NCBI GenBank assembly: GCA_963746405.1
Contig: CAVVAV010000003.1
Span: 338,811 to 402,810, forward strand
DNA length: 64,000 nucleotides
Direction: 5' to 3'
Origin: an uncultured Chloroflexia bacterium
Lineage (GTDB): Bacteria > Chloroflexota > Limnocylindria > Limnocylindrales > CSP1-4
A program made the translations under genes and the position numbers. The notes below the pieces were generated by a model. That model saw only the letters and a program-made list of their open reading frames with translations, ran no database searches and was not told where the DNA came from. Below, piece after piece: positions 43,066-52,584 of this stretch. The stretch's first letter is position 1. Each line of letters starts with the position of its first letter.

Positions 43066-45170
43066 CGCGGACCATCGTCCGGGGGCGGCTCGTCCGCGCG
43101 GCTGACGATCGCGAGGATCTCCTCGCCATAGCGATCGAGCTTCGTCGGCCCGATGCCCGGCACGCGGCGCAGCTCCGGGATGGTCCTCGGGCGTCGGTCG
43201 GCGATGGCCTCGATGGCGCTGTCGTGGAAGACGATGAACGGTGCCACGGCGTCCGTTCGGGCGCGGGCCGTGCGCCATTCCCGGAGCGCGTTGGAGAGTG
43301 GCGAGCGGTCGCCCGCGGCGACCCGCTGTCTCGGCTCCGGCGCGATGACCCTGACATCCCGATGGAGCGCCGGCACGAGACCGTCCAGGAAGCGCGAGCG
43401 GCTGCGCCGGCCCTCTCGGCCGGTGGCCGCGGTCCGCCGTCGCGCCCATGACAGCCACAGGTGGCGGCGTGCCCGGGTGATCCCGACGTAGAGGAGCCGC
43501 CGTTCCTCGGCGAGTTCGCCCGGTTCCGTGGCCTGGCGGATCGGCAGAGTTCCCTCCTCGAGCGCGGGCAGGAAGACGGCCTCCCACTCGAGTCCCTTGG
43601 CGCGGTGGTATGTCAGGAGTTCGACGCCGTCGATCGCCCCGCCCGACTCCGCCGCGGCGCGGCGCTCGACCTCGGCGAGGTAGGTTCCGATATCGGCGTT
43701 CGGGTCGCGCCCGGCGAGATCACCGGCCAACTCGAGGAGCGTCACGACCGCTGCGTGTCGTTCCCGCGCGGCGTCGCCCTCGGGAATGTCCTCGCGCCGG
43801 ACACCGAGCTGCCGCGCGAACGCCGCGGCCAACCGGGACGGCAAGCCGCCAACCGCTTCATCGTCTGGGTCGGCGGGCGATCGCAACGCGTCGCCGGTCT
43901 CGGCCACCCGACGGGCGGCGGCAGGCTCCCCCAGCGTCGCGGCGACCCGCATCGCGCGGCGGACCTCGGGTCGGGTGAAGAACCGCTCCCCACGGACGTG
44001 GAACGGGATCCCGGCCGCGCCGAGGCCCGCCTCGATTGCGGGCAGCTGCGCGTTGGTACGCACGAGGATCGCCATGGCGCCGTGGTCCGTGCCCTCGTGT
44101 GCGAGTCGGCGGATCTCGGTCGTCATGCCCGCCAGCTCCCGCTCGTCGGTCTCGAACCCGGCCACATGCGGGGATGGCCCGCTTTCGAGCGTGGGCAGGA
44201 GCCGCTTCTCGGGTCGCGCCACCACCCCAGGCGCGCGCTCGTCGCTCGCCGAGCGTCCCGCCGCCAGCACGCGATTCGCGAGGCCCAGCACCTGCGGCGT
44301 CGAGCGAAAATTGCTCTCCAGCCGAACGACCCTCGCATCCGGATATCGAGCCGGGAAGCCCGTCAGGTAATCGCTGGTGGCTCCAGTGAACGTGTAGATC
44401 GTCTGGTCCTCGTCGCCGACGACGGCGAGGTCATCGCGACCGCCCAGCCAGGCGTCGAGGAGCGCCTGCTGCAGCGGGTTCGTGTCCTGGTATTCGTCGA
44501 CCGAGAACCATCGATAGCGTGCACGCACCTCGGCCGCGACGGCGTCGTCGCCCTCGATGAGCTCCACGGTCATCGCGAGCATGTCCTCGAAATCGATGAG
44601 GCCGGCCCGGTCGCGGGCCCTCTCGTAATCCCGATACAGCCGAGCCATGAGGTCCGGCGGCATGGGGCCGGCGTGCCCGACCTTGGCCACCCCGTCAACG
44701 TAGTCGGCCGCCGCGATGCGACGCGCCTTGGCCCACTCGATCTCGGCCGCGAGATCGCGGACGGCCAGGTAGCGATAGCCGCCGGGAAGCGAGCGTGCCA
44801 GTGGGACGAGGAGCGAGGCCTTGGACGAGAGGATCCCGGGCAGATCGCTACCGCGGATGCGGGGCCAGAAGTGCCTGAGCTGGCGCAGGGCCGCGGCATG
44901 GAACGTGAAGGCCGACACGCCCCTCCGCCCGAGGGCAGCCAGTCGCTCGCGCATCTCGGTCGCCGCCTTGTCCGTGAACGTGACGACCAGCACGTCCGAC
45001 GGCCGAACCGCATCCGTGCCGAGCGCCCACGCCACGCGACGGGTGATCACGCGGGTCTTGCCCGTCCCAGCTCCCGCGAGGATGCAGAGTGGCCCGCGGA
45101 TCGCGGTCACCGCCTCACGCTGGGCGGGCTCCAGGTCGGCGAGGAGCGCGTCCGCGTCGAAGGTGGGCAT
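43062..45170 (-). CDS. uvrD2: ATP-dependent DNA helicase UvrD2 with HRDC domain
   Basis: AGAGTGKT, VDEYQD, VGDEDQTIY, NFRS, TYHRAKGLEW, YVGITRAR and C-terminal HRDC (VAPFIVF...GIGPTKLDRYG). Confidence 0.92.
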   Translation of the reverse strand: MPTFDADALLADLEPAQREAVTAIRGPLCILAGAGTGKTRVITRRVAWALGTDAVRPSDVLVVTFTDKAATEMRERLAALGRRGVSAFTFHAAALRQLRHFWPRIRGSDLPGILSSKASLLVPLARSLPGGYRYLAVRDLAAEIEWAKARRIAAADYVDGVAKVGHAGPMPPDLMARLYRDYERARDRAGLIDFEDMLAMTVELIEGDDAVAAEVRARYRWFSVDEYQDTNPLQQALLDAWLGGRDDLAVVGDEDQTIYTFTGATSDYLTGFPARYPDARVVRLESNFRSTPQVLGLANRVLAAGRSASDERAPGVVARPEKRLLPTLESGPSPHVAGFETDERELAGMTTEIRRLAHEGTDHGAMAILVRTNAQLPAIEAGLGAAGIPFHVRGERFFTRPEVRRAMRVAATLGEPAAARRVAETGDALRSPADPDDEAVGGLPSRLAAAFARQLGVRREDIPEGDAARERHAAVVTLLELAGDLAGRDPNADIGTYLAEVERRAAAESGGAIDGVELLTYHRAKGLEWEAVFLPALEEGTLPIRQATEPGELAEERRLLYVGITRARRHLWLSWARRRTAATGREGRRSRSRFLDGLVPALHRDVRVIAPEPRQRVAAGDRSPLSNALREWRTARARTDAVAPFIVFHDSAIEAIADRRPRTIPELRRVPGIGPTKLDRYGEEILAIVSRADEPPPDDGPR

Positions 45171-45318
45171 CGGACCGATCGTAGCGCCGCAGCCTGCACC
45201 CAGCCTGCACGGCCGATGACGAAATGCCGCTTGCGGCCTCGGACGAAGGGACTACGATGCGTCCATTCGCCGCCCGCCATACGTGCGGGTGGGAACGGAG
45301 AGGGAGGCACAGCACCAG

Positions 45319-45762
45319 ATGACTGACCCGATCACCCCCCCGCCATCGAGCCCAGCCCCCAGGTCGGGCATGGCACGCCCCACGGGTATCACCATCCTCG
45401 CGGTCCTGTCGGCCATCGGTGGTGTCCTGAGCATCCTCGGAGGCATCGCCCTGGTGGGACTCGGCGGATTCGGAGCCGCGTCAACCGGGGAGGCGGCCCT
45501 GTTCGGAATGGGGGCCATCTTCGGCATCCTGCTGCTTGCGTCCGGCGTCGCCAGCCTGGCCTTTGCCTATGGCGCGTGGACGTTGCAGCCGTGGGCCTGG
45601 ACCCTCGGCGTGGCCCTGCAGATCATCAGCCTCGTCCTTTCGGTGCTGACGATCGTCAGTGGCGGGGACATCTCCGGCCAGATCATCAGCATCGCGATCG
45701 CCGCGATCATCCTGTACTACCTGTGGCAGCCCAGCATCAAGGCGGTCTTCGGGAGGGCCTAG
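45319..45762 (+). CDS. small four-TM membrane protein
   Basis: GGAGG SD. RPTGITILAVL...LQPWAW...IILYYL pattern. Confidence 0.8.
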   Translation: MTDPITPPPSSPAPRSGMARPTGITILAVLSAIGGVLSILGGIALVGLGGFGAASTGEAALFGMGAIFGILLLASGVASLAFAYGAWTLQPWAWTLGVALQIISLVLSVLTIVSGGDISGQIISIAIAAIILYYLWQPSIKAVFGRA

Positions 45763-45778
45763 CTCGTCCGATGCTCAA

Positions 45779-45809
45779 ACGGCGAGGTCCGATTCGCGGA
45801 CCTCGCCGT
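45779..45809. terminator. bidirectional terminator-like hairpin between convergent genes
   Basis: ACGGCGAGGTCCG-N5-CGGACCTCGCCGT, a 13-bp perfect stem. Confidence 0.7.
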
Positions 45810-45823
45810 CGACCGTCCACCGC

Positions 45824-46552
45824 CTAGAACGGCGGCCAAGGGATGGCCGGCCAGGTCGGTGAGGGGAGCGGGAAGCGCTCGCTCGCCAGCAACGCGTCGA
45901 CACGCCGGATCGTGGCGCGCACCTCGGCCCGCCCGAGCAGCGTGCGCAGCGTCTCTCCGAGCTCCCCGTCGAGCCCCTCGCGGATCCGCCGGAGGCCATC
46001 GAGCTCATCGGGCGCCAGCGGCTGACCGCGCCAGGCCCACAGCACGGTCCGCAGCTTCGGCACCGGCGAGAAGCACACCCCGTGGTCGACCCCGTGGGTG
46101 TGACGGCCGCCGTCGACCGGCAGGATGTGGCCACCCTTGCGGTCGGTGTTGTTGACGGCCGCGTCGAACACCGCCATCCGCCGCAGCCTCGGATCGGCGC
46201 TCGTGATCAGCTCGACGACGTCCACGGTGGGGTCCGGCTCCACGTACGCCTGGAGCATCCCCTCGCCGAACGGCCCGTCCCGGAGCACGGTCGGCGGGAC
46301 GATGTCCCAGCCCGTCGCCTCGGAGACGTACCACGCTGCGACCTCGCGCCGCGTCAGGGTGCCGTCGGGGAAGTCATCGAGCGGGCGCTCGCCGGCGGTC
46401 GGCTTGTAGATCGCCGCCAGCTCCTCGAGCGGCCCGGGTCCCGGACACGCCACCGTGACTAGCAGCGCGTTGTTACTCGAGCCGATGACCCGCCCGACGA
46501 CATCGATCACGCCGTCGCGCAGCACCTCTAGGGTCGCGGCGCGATCCGTCAC
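45824..46552 (-). CDS. SCO1664-family protein (PI3/4-kinase-like)
   Basis: SSN, YKPTAGERPLDDFP..TLTRRE, GEGMLQ, NNTDRKGGH, DHGVCF and KLRTVLW motifs. Confidence 0.9.
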   Translation of the reverse strand: MTDRAATLEVLRDGVIDVVGRVIGSSNNALLVTVACPGPGPLEELAAIYKPTAGERPLDDFPDGTLTRREVAAWYVSEATGWDIVPPTVLRDGPFGEGMLQAYVEPDPTVDVVELITSADPRLRRMAVFDAAVNNTDRKGGHILPVDGGRHTHGVDHGVCFSPVPKLRTVLWAWRGQPLAPDELDGLRRIREGLDGELGETLRTLLGRAEVRATIRRVDALLASERFPLPSPTWPAIPWPPF

Positions 46553-46569
46553 CTGACCTGCTTACCCGG

Positions 46570-47157
46570 CTAGTTGACGTAGTGGCCGTTGCGACGCGGG
46601 CAGATGTGGCCGCGCGGATCGAGCGGGGCGCCACACAGGGGGCACGGTGGCCGACCGCCCGCCACGACGCGAGCCGCACGAGCCACGAACGAGCGCGCGG
46701 CGTCCGCGGTAAGACGCACGCGGAGCAGGTCCGGACCGTCCTCGTCCTCGTCGTCGTCCTCGTCGGGGTCGATGGCCTCGCCGTCCTCGTCCTGGGCACG
46801 GGCCTCCAGGAGCACGCGCTCCGCGTCGGGGTCCCAGCCGAGGGTCAGGGAGCCCGCACGAAACGCCTCGACGAGCGGCTCGTCGAGCGGTGCGGCGTCG
46901 TCGTCGACGGCCGCCCCAGCGATCTCGTCGCGGGACATGGCCTCGACGCCGCCGTGCGGGACGCCACGTCGCTCGAGCTCGCCGAGCAGGTCGCCGAGCC
47001 GTTCGGCCAGCACCGCGACCTGGACCTTCTCGAGGGCGACGGAGACCACGCGTCCACCATCGCGCGCCTGAAGGAAGAACGTCCGATTGCCCGGATCGCC
47101 GATCGTGCCCGCGACGAATCGCTCGGGTGGATCGAAGACGTATCGGCGTCGCGGCAT
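46570..47157 (-). CDS. DUF3090 family protein
   Basis: FDPPERFVAGTIGDPGNRTFFLQAR, LEKVQV and GRPPCPLCG.PLDP.GH.CPR motifs. Confidence 0.9.
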   Translation of the reverse strand: MPRRRYVFDPPERFVAGTIGDPGNRTFFLQARDGGRVVSVALEKVQVAVLAERLGDLLGELERRGVPHGGVEAMSRDEIAGAAVDDDAAPLDEPLVEAFRAGSLTLGWDPDAERVLLEARAQDEDGEAIDPDEDDDEDEDGPDLLRVRLTADAARSFVARAARVVAGGRPPCPLCGAPLDPRGHICPRRNGHYVN

Positions 47158-47200
47158 AGCAGGGACTCTATACCGATTTCTGGTCAGACCCGCCCGGCGG

Positions 47201-48778
47201 TCAGGACACCCCGACCTCGATGGTATGCCAGCCGCGGGCCCCGTCCGGGGCGGGCCGCGAGGAGATCTCTTCCTGGACCACGCCCGCCCCGTCGGTGGCC
47301 CGGACGCTGATCGTATGCCGGCCGGGGGCTGCGTCCCAGGCCGCGACCCACTGGACCCAGGTCGCATCGGAGATGGGGGTCGACAGATCGGCCTCGTGCC
47401 ACACGCCGTCGATACCGACCTCGACCTTGGCGATGCCGCGATCCGGCGCCCAGGCGATGCCGGCGATCGGCACGCGCCCCGCCGCGACAGAGCCACGGGG
47501 CGTGTCGATGCGCGACTGGGTGAGGATCGGGGCTTCCTTGGACCAGCCGAGCGGGATCCAGTAGCCGTCGAAACCGTCGAGGGTCGTGAGCTCGAGCTCC
47601 GAGAGCCACTTCGTCGCCGACACGTAGCCGTACAGCCCCGGCACGATGAGCCGGGCCGGATAGCCGTGCGCCGGTGGCAGCGGCTCGTCGTTCATCTGGA
47701 CGGCGATCATGGGCTCGCGCTCGGGGTCCATGATCCACGCCGTCGGCATCCCGGCCGTGAACCCGTCGACCGATCGGCCGACGAGCTGGGTGGCCGACGA
47801 CGAGACACCCGCGATATCGAGCACGTCGCGCAGCCGGACCCCCGTCCACTTGGCGTTCCCGACGAGGTCGCCACCGACCTCGTTGCTGACGCACGCGATG
47901 GTCACGTACTGCTCGAACATCGGGAGCGCGAGCAGCTCCTCCCAGGTGAGCGTGGTCTCACGCTCCACGAGACCGTGGACGCGCAGGCTCCACATGGCGA
48001 CATCGACGCTCGGGACCAGCAGTGCGGTGTCGATGCGGTAGAAGCGCTCGTTCGGGATGACGATCGGCGTCAGCCCGGGTGTCGCGGGCGAGAGGTCCGC
48101 CCCGACCGCGAGGGGCGGCACCGTGTCCGCTGCGGGTGGCAGCTCACCCGCCGTGATCGGGGCCGTCCGGGAGCGGTCGAGCAGGCTCCGCCCACCGACG
48201 CCCACGACGAGCGCGGACAGGCCGACCGCGCCCGTCCGTAGCAGGAATGAGCGCCGGGCCGGGTCCGATCGCTGTCCGGGGTCGAGCCCGGCGTCGGCCG
48301 TGGTCGGTGCATGCGCAAGGAGCCAGCTCAGGGTCTGGAGGGCGATCCCGACCGACACCGCCGCCTGGACCGCGACGATGGCGGGGTTCGCGAGCGGGTC
48401 GCCGAGGGCAGCCGCGAACCCGAGCACGCCGAAGGCGGCGTACCCCGATGCCGCGGCGATGAAGCGGCGGAGCGCGAGCACGCCGAGGCCCGCCCCGATG
48501 CCCAGCGCGGCCAGGACGACGATGATCTCGAGCGCCAGCTTGTCGTTCGTGCCGAACAGCGCGACGACGAAGTCCTTCGCGCCCGGTGGCTGGAGGTCGA
48601 TGACCACCTGGCCGACGGCGGCGACGAGCGACGAGGCGCCGGCCAGCAGCGCGGCGATCGCCTCGGAGACACCGAGCGCGAGGCCCGCCGCGGCCGTGCC
48701 GGCGACGGCGGCGAGGAGGCGAAGGTTCGCGGGACGCGCGACGCGCGCCGGCGTGATGGCTGAGGCGGAGGTACTCAC
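47201..48778 (-). CDS. membrane molybdopterin-dependent oxidoreductase (sulfite oxidase family)
   Basis: N-terminal TMs, internal RRSFL, FYRID, CVSNEVGG, GNAKWTGV, HGYPARL and KW motifs. Confidence 0.9.
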   Translation of the reverse strand: MSTSASAITPARVARPANLRLLAAVAGTAAAGLALGVSEAIAALLAGASSLVAAVGQVVIDLQPPGAKDFVVALFGTNDKLALEIIVVLAALGIGAGLGVLALRRFIAAASGYAAFGVLGFAAALGDPLANPAIVAVQAAVSVGIALQTLSWLLAHAPTTADAGLDPGQRSDPARRSFLLRTGAVGLSALVVGVGGRSLLDRSRTAPITAGELPPAADTVPPLAVGADLSPATPGLTPIVIPNERFYRIDTALLVPSVDVAMWSLRVHGLVERETTLTWEELLALPMFEQYVTIACVSNEVGGDLVGNAKWTGVRLRDVLDIAGVSSSATQLVGRSVDGFTAGMPTAWIMDPEREPMIAVQMNDEPLPPAHGYPARLIVPGLYGYVSATKWLSELELTTLDGFDGYWIPLGWSKEAPILTQSRIDTPRGSVAAGRVPIAGIAWAPDRGIAKVEVGIDGVWHEADLSTPISDATWVQWVAAWDAAPGRHTISVRATDGAGVVQEEISSRPAPDGARGWHTIEVGVS

Positions 48779-49653
48779 CCCCGCATCCTGCGCCGAACAC
48801 GTGACATTCGCGTGTCGCCGTGTTTGCCGGGTCGCTCGGCCCGCCGCATCCGAGCCGTCCACCGGCCGTCGGTCCGCTCGACCGTGAGCGGCAGCCCGAA
48901 GGCGTCACCGAGGACCTGGTCGGACAGGACGGACTCGATCGGGCCGGCGGCGAGGGCACGACCCCCTGCGAGGACGAGCGCGTGCCCGAAGCCACGCGGG
49001 ATCTCCTCGAGATGGTGAGAGACGAGGATCAGGACGCGCGGCCGAGACTCGCCCGCGAGTACTTCCAGATCGGCCAGCAGCCGCTCGCGCGCCGCGAGGT
49101 CGAGGCTCGCCATGGGCTCGTCGAGCACGAGCACGTCCGGGTCAGGCATGAGCGCCCGGGCGATCGAGGTTCGGCGTCGCTCGCCCGCGGACAAGGTCCC
49201 GAATGCCTGGTCGAGGTGGCCGGCGAGCCCCATCCGTTCGCCGAGCTCCCTGGCGCGGTCGCGGTCGGCACCCTCGAACACATGCCACCAGGGTTCGAAC
49301 GCCCCGTGCCGTGCGGTCATGATCAGCGTCACGGGCGCCAGGTCCGGGCGCATCGCTGCCTCGATGGCGCTCCCGGCGAACCCGACCCGTCGGCGCAGCT
49401 CACGCGCGTCCGTGCGGCCGTACCGCTCGCCGAGGACGTCGACCGTCCCGGTCGTGGGCCACAGGTTCATTGACGCGACCGACAGGAGGGTGGTCTTGCC
49501 GCTGCCGTTCGGCCCGAGGACGACCCAACGCTCGCCGTCGCGGACCTGCCAATCGAGCGGTCCGAGGATCGTCCGACCAGCGCGGCGGACGCTCGCGTCG
49601 CGCAGCTCGATGATCACGGCGCCGGTCGGTGGCGAGGCGGCGGGCGACGTCAG
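48775..49653 (-). CDS. ABC ATP-binding protein (CTG 49653 or GTG 49617 start)
   Basis: GPNGSGKTT, LSAGERRR, LDEP and SHH motifs. Stop overlaps the next GTG. Confidence 0.88.
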   Translation of the reverse strand: MTSPAASPPTGAVIIELRDASVRRAGRTILGPLDWQVRDGERWVVLGPNGSGKTTLLSVASMNLWPTTGTVDVLGERYGRTDARELRRRVGFAGSAIEAAMRPDLAPVTLIMTARHGAFEPWWHVFEGADRDRARELGERMGLAGHLDQAFGTLSAGERRRTSIARALMPDPDVLVLDEPMASLDLAARERLLADLEVLAGESRPRVLILVSHHLEEIPRGFGHALVLAGGRALAAGPIESVLSDQVLGDAFGLPLTVERTDGRWTARMRRAERPGKHGDTRMSRVRRRMRG

Positions 49654-52502
49654 GGTGGTGTCGAGGCGCCGGCTGGCTCGGCCGCGGCCGACGGCTCGGG
49701 CTCGGGTGTCGGATCGGGTGTCGGCTCCGGCTCCGGTGTCGGCTCGGGCTCGGGCGTCGGCTCCGGGTCGGGTGGCGGGGTCGGCTCCGGGGTGTCCTCG
49801 GGTGGCTCGGGCGTCACGCTGGGCTCCACCGATGGGCTCTCCGTCGGCGACGCCGTCGGGCACGGGATCGCCGCGATCTCGGAACCGCTCGGCGACGGTA
49901 CGGCGAACGACGGGACGACGCCACTCGGATCGGGGGTCGGGACGACGAAGCACGAGGGCGACGGGGCCGGGGAACCGCAGCCGTTCCCCCCGACGATGAC
50001 GCCCCACGTCCGCCCGTACGGGTTGAACTGGTTGTTGTAGAAGTACTGCGTCGGATTGTTATCGGGACCGCCGCGAGTGCCGGGGCCGCGCTCCGCACGC
50101 GCGATCCAGTCGCGGTCCGCCTCGAGCCAGTTGTCGAACTTGTCCTCGTGGCCGGCGACCGTCAGCACCTTCTCCCCACAGGTGTCGGCTTCGACCCGCG
50201 CGTCCGGCGCGCTGTCGCCGATGAACCATTCCTCGACGCTGTCGCCGCCCTCCGCCGGGAGTAGGCCGGTGAACGGGTCGATCGCGACCTGGGTGAGGCC
50301 CTCGGCAGGCCGCTCGAAGTTCGTGATCTCCCACTCGGCCGTCGCCTCCTGCAGGAAGCCCTGCCAGACGTACGTCGAGATATCGATGGAGAAGACCGGC
50401 GCGTCGGCGGTCGAGGCCGCCGTGTTGTCGCTGTTGCCGTTCCATGCCCCCACGGCGAGCGCATATGCCCCCGATTCTCGGCCGGCCTCTGTCGGTGGCG
50501 CGATGTAGCCGTAGGCATTGAGGTCCTTGGCGTCGTTGTTCGTGCCCGTCTTGAGCGTCGCGGGCCGCCGGTCGCCGCCCGGTCCCTCCAGGGCGAACTC
50601 GCCCCAGAACGGGTTGATGCGAGGGGCGGTGTTGCCGTTGAGGATGTCCGTGACGATCCACGCCGCCTGCGGGCTGACGACCTGGGTGCCTTCGGGCGGC
50701 GTGTACGGATCCGCGACATCGTTGCCCGCCCGGTCCTTCACCGCGAGGATCGTGGTCGGTGGGATCCGCCGGCCGCCGTTGCCCAAAGTCCCGTAGGCGG
50801 ACACGAGATCGAGCGGCCGGGTCTCGGCAACGCCAAGCGCCAGGGCCAGACCGGCATCGGTCGTCTCGCGCTGGAAGGTCATGCCGAAGTCCTTCGACCT
50901 CGCGAAGACGTGGTCGGGCGTGTTGACGGCCATCGCCTTGACCGCCGGGATGTTGAGGGAGAACTGGAGGGCGCTGCGCAGACGGACGGGACCCCGCTCC
51001 CGATTGTCGGCGTCGTTCGGTGTGTAGCCCCCGCCGAAGTCGGTGCCGACGTCCATGAACATGTCGCCGGCGGTCATGACCCCGTCGTCGATCCCGACCA
51101 CGTAGTTGAACGGCTTGAAGGCCGAGCCCGGCTGGCGGAAGCCCTGCCCGATCACGTCGTACTGCGGCTGGAACTCGGGACGACTCTGGCGGGCGTAATA
51201 CTCGGCGGACCCGACATAGGCGATCAGCTCACCGGTCTGGTAGTCGACGGCCACGAGGGCGCCGTTGCGGACGTTCTTGTCCTCGAGGTTGCGCATCCAC
51301 GGCCGATACCGCAGGTCGAGCGCCTCGGCGGCCGCCTCCGGATCCGCCCGGTGGGGGACGATCGTCGCGACCTTGACCCAGCGCTCGGCGATCGACTGGA
51401 TGTCGAGGTCGACGGTCGTGGTCACGCGCAGCCCGCCCTGGTCGAGGACCTCGCAGGTCGGGTTCTCCTCACCGCACAGCTTGAGCGTCAGCTCGTCGCG
51501 AACGGCCCACACGAAGTGCGGTGCCTTCCAGCGCGGCACGGTCTGGCGAACGACCTCGACCTCCTTGCCGATGTCGGCGGTGAGCTCGGCGTCGCTGTAC
51601 TCGTCCTTGGAGATCGGCGTCCGGTCGTCCTCGGCCATGAGCTCCAGGACTTGGTCGCGTCGCTGGAGGATGACCGTGTCCGGCGGCACGATGAGGTGGC
51701 TGGCCGCTGCCGGGCAGGGCTCGCCTTCGGGCGGCGATTCGTCGCACTGTTCGTTCGCGTTGCGCACCAGGTCGTAGTTCGAGGGCGACTTGGGCAGGGC
51801 CGCCAGGATCGCGGCCTCGCCGGGGGTAAGGTCCGCGAGCTCCTTCCCGAAGTACGAGCGGGCCGCGGCCTTCACGCCATAGCTCTGGTTGCCGTAGTAG
51901 ATCTGGTTCAGGTAGGCGGTGATGATCGCCTCCTTGCCCTCGTCTCCCTGCGCCCCGAAGTGCTGCGTCACGCGGATCGACTGGATGATCTCCTTGAGCT
52001 TGCGCTCGATCGTGCGGTCCTCGTCCTGCAGCAACTCGTCGTCGAGCAGCCGCGCCCGAACCAGCTGCTGGGTGATCGTCGATGCGCCACGGCTGTTGCC
52101 ACGCAAGGAGTCGAGCCCGGCCGAGATGATGGCCACGGGGTCGAAGCCCGCGTTCTCCCAGAAGGTCTTGTCCTCGATCGCGGTCGTCGCGTCCAGGAGG
52201 ATCGGCGGAATCTCTTCGAAGGTCACGACGTCGCGCTTGAACTCGCCGAATCGGGCCAGTTCCACTTCGCCCGTGCGATCGAGGAGGACCGTCTCCTCGG
52301 GCAGGTCGTACTTGGTCAGCTTGGCCGGATCGAGGAGGTCCCTGGTCAGCGCGCCGTAGACCGCCAGCACCGCGACCGCCCCGAGGAGGCCGACGGCGGC
52401 GAGGAATCCGAACACGATGATCGCGATCCAGCCGGCCGTCGAGCGACGGGGCGGCGGACGGCGTTCGATGGGGTAGGCGTGGGACTGGTAGGAGGCGGAC
52501 AC
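49650..52502 (-). CDS. class A penicillin-binding protein, acidic paralogue with a Pro/Glu tail
   Basis: TM, AIEDKTFW, GASTITQQL, RKLKE, GSAFKP, SLN and KTG motifs, with (EPTP)n C-tail. CATGCT lies 7 nt before GTG 52502. Confidence 0.93.
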   Translation of the reverse strand: MSASYQSHAYPIERRPPPRRSTAGWIAIIVFGFLAAVGLLGAVAVLAVYGALTRDLLDPAKLTKYDLPEETVLLDRTGEVELARFGEFKRDVVTFEEIPPILLDATTAIEDKTFWENAGFDPVAIISAGLDSLRGNSRGASTITQQLVRARLLDDELLQDEDRTIERKLKEIIQSIRVTQHFGAQGDEGKEAIITAYLNQIYYGNQSYGVKAAARSYFGKELADLTPGEAAILAALPKSPSNYDLVRNANEQCDESPPEGEPCPAAASHLIVPPDTVILQRRDQVLELMAEDDRTPISKDEYSDAELTADIGKEVEVVRQTVPRWKAPHFVWAVRDELTLKLCGEENPTCEVLDQGGLRVTTTVDLDIQSIAERWVKVATIVPHRADPEAAAEALDLRYRPWMRNLEDKNVRNGALVAVDYQTGELIAYVGSAEYYARQSRPEFQPQYDVIGQGFRQPGSAFKPFNYVVGIDDGVMTAGDMFMDVGTDFGGGYTPNDADNRERGPVRLRSALQFSLNIPAVKAMAVNTPDHVFARSKDFGMTFQRETTDAGLALALGVAETRPLDLVSAYGTLGNGGRRIPPTTILAVKDRAGNDVADPYTPPEGTQVVSPQAAWIVTDILNGNTAPRINPFWGEFALEGPGGDRRPATLKTGTNNDAKDLNAYGYIAPPTEAGRESGAYALAVGAWNGNSDNTAASTADAPVFSIDISTYVWQGFLQEATAEWEITNFERPAEGLTQVAIDPFTGLLPAEGGDSVEEWFIGDSAPDARVEADTCGEKVLTVAGHEDKFDNWLEADRDWIARAERGPGTRGGPDNNPTQYFYNNQFNPYGRTWGVIVGGNGCGSPAPSPSCFVVPTPDPSGVVPSFAVPSPSGSEIAAIPCPTASPTESPSVEPSVTPEPPEDTPEPTPPPDPEPTPEPEPTPEPEPTPDPTPEPEPSAAAEPAGASTPP

Positions 52503-52584
52503 GCGCCACAGCATGCCCCATCGCGCCGGATCACGCGGTCACGCGCTCGGCCCCGGTGCCTTGCACCTTCGTTTCGCGTCGGCG

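Noticed and set aside
49670-49800. Short tandem repeats (ggctcgggc/tcggctccg) as a CRISPR or VNTR
   Set aside because: They encode the EPTP tail of the PBP and have no spacers.
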